Assembly: GCA_011911785.1 (NCBI GenBank)
Contig: GCA_011911785.1_4084.1
Direction: 5' to 3' (one strand)
From: a phage
Length of the DNA: 64,000 nt
Shown: one piece after another, positions 1 to 7,118 of the stretch
Position numbering within the stretch: the stretch's first letter is position 1
How the letters are laid out: every line of letters begins with the position of its first letter
The notes under the pieces: model-generated
Told to the model about the DNA's origin: nothing
What the model saw: the letters and a program-made list of their open reading frames with translations, nothing else
The model's database searches: none
Position numbers and translations under genes: made by a program

Positions 1-2
1 TT

Positions 3-209
3 AATGAAGACCACATAAAATACTACGATAATAAAATGGCAGAAGATGATGATGTTATAATCCCAGTAGATATAGACGAAGCTTCATTTTTTCAGTTATC
101 ATTGATTTATGATCTATCTAACATTACTTATGATAATGTGAAAGACCTTTTTATATTGTACAATAAAATGTATAATTACTTTTTAAGACCTTTTTATATT
201 GTACAATAA
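3..209 (+). CDS. 3' end of a gene running off the window start (partial, 68 codons in window)
   Basis: Open frame 3 from window edge to TAA at 207-209; not in ORF track because no start codon of sufficient length lies inside the window. Confidence 0.3.
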   Translation, partial: NEDHIKYYDNKMAEDDDVIIPVDIDEASFFQLSLIYDLSNITYDNVKDLFILYNKMYNYFLRPFYIVQ

Positions 210-227
210 AATGTATAATTACTTTTT
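143..227. repeat. Tandem direct repeat, 2 copies of a 42-bp unit (period 43 bp), each with a TGTATAAT -10-like box
   Basis: agacctttttatattgtacaataaaatgtataattactttt occurs at 143-184 and again at 186-227; second copy ends ~18 bp before the ATG at 245. Confidence 0.8.
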
Positions 228-244
228 ATAACAGAGGTATAGTG

Positions 245-430
245 ATGGAATATACAATAGGTGCAGTTATATGTATCATAGCCTTACTCGGTGGCATTGG
301 TGTGATGATTTACTTTGATGCAGAACCCAGTACTGAAATGGGTACAACCCTGGAACTCAAACCTGGCATTAAGGTGAACGACTCTTACTGTTACGATCCA
401 CATAGTAATAAGTATGTGATTTGCTTATGA
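245..430 (+). CDS. Small single-pass membrane protein (hypothetical)
   Basis: ORF track 242..430; ATG at 245 preceded by GAGGTA; hydrophobic N-terminal segment IGAVICIIALLGGIGVMIYF. Confidence 0.5.
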   Translation: MEYTIGAVICIIALLGGIGVMIYFDAEPSTEMGTTLELKPGIKVNDSYCYDPHSNKYVICL

Positions 431-837
431 AAAAGTTTAATATTAAACCGATATTTGATGCTATCGAAATTAAATTGAAAGACCAACGAAAACCCGATGG
501 TACTGGTTTATTCTTTAGTTTAGATAGAACCTACGTTGAAACACATGTATCAAGTTTTGATAGAACTGGTAATCTTTTCATCCGTTCATATAACATGTTT
601 TATAGTGAAGATGTTTTTATGATAGATATCACTTTAGATGAAAGTATAGGTTTGATGTACATTGAAGATGTTCAATCAAACGATCAACGAAACGGCACAC
701 TTCCTATTGGTGCTACCGAGGAAGAGTTTATGCAATATCAGTTCATTGATGATACCTTTGGTATTGACTTTGTGACATATCAGAGTATAATGCGTGTATA
801 CGAACAGTATGAGGATTACGTAATTGGACGTTACTAA
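427..837 (+). CDS. Hypothetical protein, paralog of the following gene
   Basis: ORF track 421..837 (ATG at 427); C-terminal motif QYQFIDDTFGIDF...YEQYE shared with next ORF. Confidence 0.55.
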   Translation: MKKFNIKPIFDAIEIKLKDQRKPDGTGLFFSLDRTYVETHVSSFDRTGNLFIRSYNMFYSEDVFMIDITLDESIGLMYIEDVQSNDQRNGTLPIGATEEEFMQYQFIDDTFGIDFVTYQSIMRVYEQYEDYVIGRY

Positions 838-1246
838 AATACCCAAATTCAACGAAACGTTAAAGTACTTTTCTGAACAAGAGTTCAGTACTGAAAGACG
901 TGGTTTAGTCACATACAACCAATATCGCGTAATGTATACTAACCAGTTACAAGGAACAGTACGTATTAAAATCCGTAATGCATATGATGATGGTGATGAA
1001 TTATTAATTATACTAAGAAAAAGTAAGATAGAACTACAATACCATAGATTTGATACTTCCGATGAGTTTGCATGGAATGTGTTAGAAAAGAAAGTAGGTT
1101 CATTGCCTGTAGTTGATGATGGACCTGAAACACTTGATCAGTACATGTTCATTGATGATACATTTAGTATTGACTATTCTTCATTTCAGTATATACTATC
1201 TATACATAAACAATATGAATCCCGCTTGCGTGACAGATTAATTTAA
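824..1246 (+). CDS. Hypothetical protein, paralog of preceding gene
   Basis: C-terminal motif QYMFIDDTFSIDY...HKQYE matches preceding ORF; tandem duplication. Confidence 0.55.
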   Translation: MDVTKIPKFNETLKYFSEQEFSTERRGLVTYNQYRVMYTNQLQGTVRIKIRNAYDDGDELLIILRKSKIELQYHRFDTSDEFAWNVLEKKVGSLPVVDDGPETLDQYMFIDDTFSIDYSSFQYILSIHKQYESRLRDRLI

Positions 1247-1257
1247 TTGGAGGCTTT

Positions 1258-1380
1258 ATGATTGCAATGTTAGAAGAAGATTGGGGTGTTTCTGAACAAG
1301 GAACCGACGAATATCAAGTTCCAGAATACAAGCCAAAAGGCTTCTGGGAAAGTCTGCGTGATTGGTTGATGGGAGAATAA
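1258..1380 (+). CDS. Small ORF (40 aa), hypothetical
   Basis: ATG at 1258 directly after GGAGG; translation MIAMLEEDWGVSEQGTDEYQVPEYKPKGFWESLRDWLMGE; below the length cut-off of the ORF track. Confidence 0.3.
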   Translation: MIAMLEEDWGVSEQGTDEYQVPEYKPKGFWESLRDWLMGE

Positions 1381-1382
1381 GA

Positions 1383-2495
1383 ATGAAAAAATACCTTGTT
1401 GGTGGATACTGCCGCGACCGTCTAATGGGCATTCGTGCAAAGGACAAAGATTATGTCATTGTTGGTGCAACTGAATCTGATATAAAATACTTAGAAAGTA
1501 TTGGATATAAACAGGTTGGTAAAGATTTTCCAGTTTATCTAAGCCCAGAAGGTAACGAACACGCATTAGCCCGTACTGAACGAAAAACTGGTACTGGATA
1601 CGGTGGCTTCGAAGTGGATACAAAAGGTGTAACACTGGAACAAGATTTGTATCGTCGTGATCTTACAATTAATGCAATCGCGTATGATCCAGTACTGCAA
1701 ATTCACATCGACCCATACGGTGGTAAAGCTGATATCAAGAATAAAGTACTACGTCATGTATCCGAACACTTCAAAGAAGATCCATTGCGTGTATTACGTC
1801 TAGCTCGCTTTGCTACGCGTTATTCTGATTTCTCTATACACGAGACTACTGAAGCACTTGCAATCGATATGGTAGCGTCTGGTGAGCTAAATCACCTTGT
1901 TCCAGACCGTGTTTATGTTGAATTTGAAAAAGCACTGTCAGAAGAAAAGCCAGCTAAGTTCCTTAAAACACTAAGTAAGTTTGGTTACTATGAAAAAGCA
2001 TTTAATGCTACATTAACCAAAAAGTCATTGGAACTCATTGATCATATCTCTGATAATTGTACTGAAGCATATAAGCCATATTTCTTATGGTCTGTGCTTC
2101 TTGAGAAAGAAGAAGTTGGCGAGGATTCAGTACTGAATGGTGCTATTAAAATGCCCGTTAAGTACGTTAAATTCAGTAATTACATCAAACGTTTCCGTGA
2201 TGATATCAAGGCATTCCGTAAAAAGACCCCAAATGAAATGGGACAATTATTACTGGATATGAATATCAAGAATAACGGCGGTGAAGAATTCCTTTACAAA
2301 GTACTGGAATATTTTATTCTACGTAAAGAGATTGATTTAGACCTTGAAGATTTAATCATTAAGGTATATGATCGTTACACTGATGTAGTACTTCCAGATA
2401 TTCAACAACTGGTAAAAGACGGTGAGTTAGAAGCATCTGAAATCCGTGATTTTGTTTCAGTTTTACGTTGTGAAGCAATTCAACAAATGTTTTAA
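1383..2495 (+). CDS. cca: CCA-adding tRNA nucleotidyltransferase (class II)
   Basis: N-terminal signature VGGYCRDRLMGIRAKDKDYVIV (GGxxRDxLxG...DxD); ATG at 1383 after GGGAGA; ORF track 1362..2495. Confidence 0.9.
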   Translation: MKKYLVGGYCRDRLMGIRAKDKDYVIVGATESDIKYLESIGYKQVGKDFPVYLSPEGNEHALARTERKTGTGYGGFEVDTKGVTLEQDLYRRDLTINAIAYDPVLQIHIDPYGGKADIKNKVLRHVSEHFKEDPLRVLRLARFATRYSDFSIHETTEALAIDMVASGELNHLVPDRVYVEFEKALSEEKPAKFLKTLSKFGYYEKAFNATLTKKSLELIDHISDNCTEAYKPYFLWSVLLEKEEVGEDSVLNGAIKMPVKYVKFSNYIKRFRDDIKAFRKKTPNEMGQLLLDMNIKNNGGEEFLYKVLEYFILRKEIDLDLEDLIIKVYDRYTDVVLPDIQQLVKDGELEASEIRDFVSVLRCEAIQQMF

Positions 2496-2501
2496 AACTC
2501 T

Positions 2502-2529
2502 GGGACAAGAGAACGACTTCTGATATAAT
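2502..2529 (+). promoter_or_regulatory. Sigma70-like promoter (GGGACA - 16 nt - TATAAT with TGn)
   Basis: gggaca at 2502-2507, tataat at 2524-2529, 40 bp upstream of ATG 2569. Confidence 0.5.
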
Positions 2530-2568
2530 AATTGTATCTGGGCATCATTGCTATTAAGAGATAAGATT

Positions 2569-2998
2569 ATGCGTTATAGTTGTGGCATTATATTTTATCG
2601 TGATGGTCAGATACTTGTTGGACACACAACACGGACAGAAGCATTGGGATTTACCAAAAGGTAAAACCGAGGGCAATGAAACATTTGCTGAAGCTGCTGT
2701 TCGTGAGTGCTATGAAGAAACAGGATTTGAGATTGATGAAAAGGATCTTCTCTTATTAGGTGATGTATCATACAGGAAAGGGAAAAGATTAGTTTTATTT
2801 TTCTATACAGCTAAATACAAACCCGAACCGGATGAACTGAAGTGTAACAGTACTTATACCAATCGATATGGTAAAAGCCATCCAGAATTGGATAAATTCA
2901 TGTACATTGATGTTCAAGATTGTCAAAAGTATTTGACCGAACGAATGTGTAACAGTATAATTAAAGCTGTTAAATTGTTTCAAAAAAATAAAGGATAG
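2569..2998 (+). CDS. Nudix hydrolase, reading frame split by an apparent +1 frameshift near 2630-2660
   Basis: Frame 1 from ATG 2569 encodes MRYSCGIIFYRDGQILVGHTT... and stops at 2662; frame 2 (ORF track 2582..2998) continues with HWDLPKGKTEGNETFAEAAVRECYEETG = Nudix box Gx5Ex7REUxEExGU. Confidence 0.75.
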
Positions 2999-3002
2999 TT
3001 AT

Positions 3003-3251
3003 ATGAAAGTGAAAATTTATGGTCGCACGACTGGTTGTAATTTCTGTGATACAGCAAAAGCAATTTGTGAGAACAATTCATTTGAAATGGATTTTATCGA
3101 TGTGGTTTCTGAAGGTATTGATGGTGCTAAACTATCAGAAATTTGCGGTGAGCCAGTTCGTCAAGTTCCACAAATTTTCGTAAATGATGAGTATGTTCCT
3201 GGTGGATGTACTGGTTTTGTTAACGGGCTAAAAGAAGGTCGCTGGAACTAA
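3003..3251 (+). CDS. nrdC: Glutaredoxin/thioredoxin-like protein (T4 NrdC-like)
   Basis: 82 aa, N-terminal CxxC motif GCNFC and overall layout like T4 glutaredoxin (from memory). Confidence 0.75.
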   Translation: MKVKIYGRTTGCNFCDTAKAICENNSFEMDFIDVVSEGIDGAKLSEICGEPVRQVPQIFVNDEYVPGGCTGFVNGLKEGRWN

Positions 3252-3490
3252 TGAATATCGATAAGGTATCATCACGAGCACGTGCATTGGCTGACAGTTT
3301 GGGAGTTAAATTTGAAACTCCAGATATCAACCAATCAAAACAAAAAGCTCAAAAGAAAATTCATGAAATGAAAGAATACACATCAAGACGTGAAGAATAC
3401 GATGCTGCTATTTCTCACATTATTGAAGTGTTTAGTAAAGATGATATTTTAGCATTTATTGCTTCACATGAGGTTGTAAAAAACCCCTAA
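3251..3490 (+). CDS. Hypothetical protein (79 aa)
   Basis: ORF track; start overlaps stop of upstream gene. Confidence 0.5.
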   Translation: MNIDKVSSRARALADSLGVKFETPDINQSKQKAQKKIHEMKEYTSRREEYDAAISHIIEVFSKDDILAFIASHEVVKNP

Positions 3491-3540
3491 ATAATATTGA
3501 AGAACAACAAGTTCTTCTTAACAATTTGGGAGATACTATT

Positions 3541-3783
3541 ATGCTCAGTTTTCGTGAACAATTAGCAAAAGGTCAATTTCAGACTAAAGCTCAAACAAAT
3601 ATTCCTAAAAAATCTGCATTCTTAGGAACAATTACGGAAGATGGTTATTGTGACTTCAATCCACCAGAAGATAGCTGGTATATTGAAAAAGACACAAAAC
3701 GTAGTAATAGACTTCACAAAAGTACAATAGCAAGAAAGCATCGAAAAGAATTGAAGAAAATTCGTTTCGGTGAAGAAGAATAA
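3541..3783 (+). CDS. Hypothetical basic protein
   Basis: ORF track 3526..3783; ATG at 3541 after GGGAGA. Confidence 0.5.
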   Translation: MLSFREQLAKGQFQTKAQTNIPKKSAFLGTITEDGYCDFNPPEDSWYIEKDTKRSNRLHKSTIARKHRKELKKIRFGEEE

Positions 3784-3795
3784 CCTAATAATATA

Positions 3796-3827
3796 AAGGA
3801 CTTGAGATTATCGAGTCCTTTTCTTTT
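3796..3827 (+). terminator. Rho-independent terminator
   Basis: Hairpin aaggacttga/tcgagtcctt (one G-U) with 5-nt loop followed by ttcttttc. Confidence 0.6.
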
Positions 3828-3838
3828 CGGAGCACTAA

Positions 3839-4315
3839 ATGATACATGAACATAGCGGCAATCTGTTTGATTTATTCAGTACTGTAACTGATGATCATAC
3901 AGCATTACATATTATAGCTCATGGTTGTAACGCACAGGGTAAGATGGGTTCCGGTTTTGCAAAAGAACTCAGAATGCAGTACCCAAAGGCATATGATGAT
4001 TATAAAGAATATGAAAAGAGAATGGGTTTTCTAAGAACCGGACAAATTGCATATTCAGCAATTAATGATGATTTGATTATCGCAAACTGCATTACTCAAA
4101 AATGGTACGGAACTGATGGTGCAAAATACGTAAGCTATGATGCCATTGACGACGTTTTCATGCATTTGAATTTTTTCTGTAAAATTGAACGAAATGTTCA
4201 TGTACACTTTCCGAAAATTGGAGCCGATTTGGGCGGTGGTAACTGGAACGTTATCAAAGAAATCATTGACCACAGGCTGGTTAATGCTGAAAAACATTTA
4301 TATATTCTCAAATAA
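3839..4315 (+). CDS. Macro-domain (ADP-ribose binding/processing) protein
   Basis: Motif HIIAHGCNAQGKMGSGFAKEL resembles the macro-domain NxxGxMGxGxA signature. Confidence 0.55.
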   Translation: MIHEHSGNLFDLFSTVTDDHTALHIIAHGCNAQGKMGSGFAKELRMQYPKAYDDYKEYEKRMGFLRTGQIAYSAINDDLIIANCITQKWYGTDGAKYVSYDAIDDVFMHLNFFCKIERNVHVHFPKIGADLGGGNWNVIKEIIDHRLVNAEKHLYILK

Positions 4316-4334
4316 ACAAAAGGACTTGACAAAA

Positions 4335-4643
4335 ATGACTATTACCGTTAAACTACTAAACATCAACAACGTTGGCCCAGTACTAGCAGTTCTACAAACC
4401 GATGCTCCAGAAGCAGTAGTAGTTAACTACCCAGCACAGCTAGGTACTGACGAAAAAGGTGAAATCATTCTACGTGATTATCTAGAATTTATTAGTTCAG
4501 AAAAAGGTGTTATTTTCTTCAAATCTAACATCATCAGTATCAGTGATGCAAACCCTGCACTGGTTGATGCTTATGTTGAAGCAATTAAGACTCTAGAAGA
4601 TAAGCCAGCGTTGATTGTCCCTGACAACAAAATCATCCTATAA
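4335..4643 (+). CDS. Hypothetical protein (~102 aa)
   Basis: ORF track 4185..4643 overlaps the macro gene; first non-overlapping ATG at 4335 after AAAGGA. Confidence 0.5.
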   Translation: MTITVKLLNINNVGPVLAVLQTDAPEAVVVNYPAQLGTDEKGEIILRDYLEFISSEKGVIFFKSNIISISDANPALVDAYVEAIKTLEDKPALIVPDNKIIL

Positions 4644-4655
4644 TAGAGGTATAAA

Positions 4656-5033
4656 ATGGCTGCTAATGAAGTGAAAGCAAAAACTATTCAAGCTATCGTA
4701 GTACTGAAAGGTAAAACCCCATCACCAAAAGAATTGGTTATGGCTGGCATGACTATGCTACATCAGTACAACCCAGCATCCCCTAACTATGTTCAAGAAT
4801 ATGAAGCCAAACAGTTTAAAGCTCATTGGGATTCATGGATTAAAGACAATGAACTGGAACAAGTTGTCTATGAAGCAGATGACATGGATGAAATGATGCA
4901 GATTGAATATCTTGCGAATCAGCAGTCAGTACCACTAAGTATGTTTGGTAATGGGGAAGAGGTTCTAGTACTCGGCCCCTTCACTAAAAAAGATATTGAA
5001 CACATTGTCACTAACTGTACAAAGATAAGTTAA
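4656..5033 (+). CDS. Hypothetical protein (125 aa)
   Basis: ORF track; ATG after GAGGTA. Confidence 0.55.
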   Translation: MAANEVKAKTIQAIVVLKGKTPSPKELVMAGMTMLHQYNPASPNYVQEYEAKQFKAHWDSWIKDNELEQVVYEADDMDEMMQIEYLANQQSVPLSMFGNGEEVLVLGPFTKKDIEHIVTNCTKIS

Positions 5034-5245
5034 TGAGCGATCATCTTTTAACAGGTGTTTATAATCATAAATTAATAGTCGGGAATACTCATTACTGGAT
5101 TGAGCCAAATCAAGACTATATAATATACTATCATGATGGGAAACATATATATTCAGTTAGTATATTTGGTTTCCTTGATATGATAGATACTGAACACTTT
5201 GTTAACTTAGTTTATTTGCGTTGTTGGTACGATAGACTAAGCTAA
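5033..5245 (+). CDS. Hypothetical protein (70 aa)
   Basis: ORF track; start overlaps upstream stop. Confidence 0.5.
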   Translation: MSDHLLTGVYNHKLIVGNTHYWIEPNQDYIIYYHDGKHIYSVSIFGFLDMIDTEHFVNLVYLRCWYDRLS

Positions 5246-5296
5246 ATCAATAGCACCTCTAAATAATGTATATAAACATTAAAGAGGTGCTTTTTT

Positions 5297-6088
5297 ATGT
5301 CATATGACTATATGGGTGGAAATCCAGATGCCCCAAATTACGATCACCGTGAAAAATTAAAAGATGTGATTACACAAATGTTGGGTGCTGGTGCTGTTGA
5401 AGTTGAAATTACTGATGGACAATTAGAAATCGCAATCGATAATGCGGTATCAAACTACAGAGCATGGAGTTCTGCGTCAAAAGAAGAAGCTTTTTTAAGC
5501 ATGAAATTCTATGATTCTCAATCAGTTTACATGCTACCAACTGAAGTGGAAATTGTTAAGAAAATTTATCGTTATGGTAATGGTTATTTGAGTTCTGGTA
5601 GTGGTAACTCAGTTGATCCATTTTCAATTGCATTTACAAACACATATCTACTAACGTCTGCTCGCAACGCTGGTGGTTATGATTTAACAACCTATGACTT
5701 CAGCTTCCAGTTTCAGGAATTAGTAGGTCGTATGTTTGGACGTGAGATTATTTTCCAGTTTAACCCTATGACTAAGAAACTGGTTATTGACCGTGATATT
5801 CGCGGCACAGAAGAAGTACTGGTTCATGTGTATCATAACATCCCAGAACCACTACTATTCCAACGTCAAATGAGTTATCCGTGGCTTCGTGATTGGGCTT
5901 TATCGGAAGCGATGATTATGTTAGGTCGCAACCGTGCTAAGTTTGCTTCTTTGCCTGGACCACAAGGAACATTTTCAATGGATGGTGATACACTTCGTAA
6001 TGAAGGTATGCAACTCCAGGAACAACTTAAAGAACAGTTGAAGAGATACAAAGATGGTGGTGAACCACTTGGTATGATTATTGGTTAA
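5297..6088 (+). CDS. Neck protein, T4 gp13-like
   Basis: N-terminal KLKDVITQMLGAGAVEVEITDGQLEIAIDNAVSNY and C-terminal WLRDWA...LPGPQGTFSMDGDTL resemble T4 gp13 as recalled from memory. Confidence 0.55.
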   Translation: MSYDYMGGNPDAPNYDHREKLKDVITQMLGAGAVEVEITDGQLEIAIDNAVSNYRAWSSASKEEAFLSMKFYDSQSVYMLPTEVEIVKKIYRYGNGYLSSGSGNSVDPFSIAFTNTYLLTSARNAGGYDLTTYDFSFQFQELVGRMFGREIIFQFNPMTKKLVIDRDIRGTEEVLVHVYHNIPEPLLFQRQMSYPWLRDWALSEAMIMLGRNRAKFASLPGPQGTFSMDGDTLRNEGMQLQEQLKEQLKRYKDGGEPLGMIIG

Positions 6089-6096
6089 AATAAAAA

Positions 6097-6121
6097 AAGA
6101 CTCCATGTTGGGGTCTTTTTT
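6097..6121 (+). terminator. Rho-independent terminator
   Basis: Hairpin agactcc/ggggtct followed by T6. Confidence 0.55.
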
Positions 6122-6137
6122 CATATACGGTGATATA

Positions 6138-6395
6138 ATGACAATTGAATATGCAAAATTCAGATGTGGAAAATTAAGCGACAATTATTTCGAATCAGAA
6201 CAGTACTGGCGATTTATCAAAAATGCATTAGTAGATGTATTCACCAGGGATGTAATTAACGCATGGGCAAGTATATGCAGGGATGATAATGGAAAAACAT
6301 TTTATGTTGTATATGTGTCAGTATACAACGGTAATGAAACTATTATTGATATAGTTAGAAGCTTAGTTGGTGATGAATATATGAAGGAAGTGTAA
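6138..6395 (+). CDS. Hypothetical protein (~85 aa)
   Basis: ORF track 6081..6395 begins inside the upstream terminator; ATG 6138 is the first start after it. Confidence 0.45.
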   Translation: MTIEYAKFRCGKLSDNYFESEQYWRFIKNALVDVFTRDVINAWASICRDDNGKTFYVVYVSVYNGNETIIDIVRSLVGDEYMKEV

Positions 6396-6397
6396 CT

Positions 6398-7024
6398 ATG
6401 GAAAGAAAAATCGTAGCCATCAATGGCTCAATAGGAAGTGGTAAAGATACATACGCTAAAACATTCATCGATAATGGATATACCCGTATGTCGTTTGCAA
6501 AGAACCTGAAAGATTCAGTTGCAGCTATTTTTGGCTGGGACAGAGAAATGCTTGAAGGAACTACTAAAGAAGGTCGTGCTATTCGTGAACAACCGGATCA
6601 GTACTGGTGTAATAAATTAGGACGTGATGATGTTTCACCACGTTGGGTACTGCAAAATTACGGTACTAATGTAGTTCGTCGTTATTTGCATAATGACATT
6701 TGGGTATTCAGTTTAGAACGTTCTATGATGGAAATAGAAGGTAACATTATCATTACTGATTGTCGTTTTCCAAATGAATTGAAAATGATTCGTGAAAATA
6801 ACGGTATCATCATTGAAGTTCAACGTAATTTACCATTCTGGTATGGTCTAGCAGCATCATACAATAAAGGTGATATCCAAATGAAACCAGTTGAACTGGA
6901 ATCAGTACATGAATCTGAATGGGCATGGATTGGTATTAACAACCCACATTATATTATCAAGAATAATGGAACTATAAAAGACCTAGAAAACAAAGCACTG
7001 GATATTATTTATACGAAAAACTGA
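6398..7024 (+). CDS. Deoxynucleoside monophosphate kinase (T4 gene 1-like)
   Basis: P-loop AINGSIGSGKDT; size and layout like T4 dNMP kinase. Confidence 0.6.
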   Translation: MERKIVAINGSIGSGKDTYAKTFIDNGYTRMSFAKNLKDSVAAIFGWDREMLEGTTKEGRAIREQPDQYWCNKLGRDDVSPRWVLQNYGTNVVRRYLHNDIWVFSLERSMMEIEGNIIITDCRFPNELKMIRENNGIIIEVQRNLPFWYGLAASYNKGDIQMKPVELESVHESEWAWIGINNPHYIIKNNGTIKDLENKALDIIYTKN

Positions 7025-7118
7025 TAAAAAATCAATTAGCTCAAGTCAATTAAATCCACCAATAAATAAGACTATACGAAATATATTCGAATAACCAATT
7101 ATTTTTGGAGGATTTAAT

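Noticed and set aside
143-227. Possible CRISPR-like or satellite repeat
   Set aside because: Only two directly adjacent copies with no spacers; not a CRISPR array
1256-1447. Minus-strand 63-aa ORF
   Set aside because: Overlaps the SD and start of the CCA gene and the small + ORF; no independent support
4185-4334. N-terminal extension of ORF 4185..4643
   Set aside because: Overlaps the macro-domain gene in another frame; a start with SD exists at 4335 right after the macro gene stop
7025-7118. Late-promoter-like AATAAATA and near-palindrome cgaaatatattcg upstream of the sheath gene
   Set aside because: Not an exact TATAAATA and palindrome is imperfect; insufficient to call a promoter or operator
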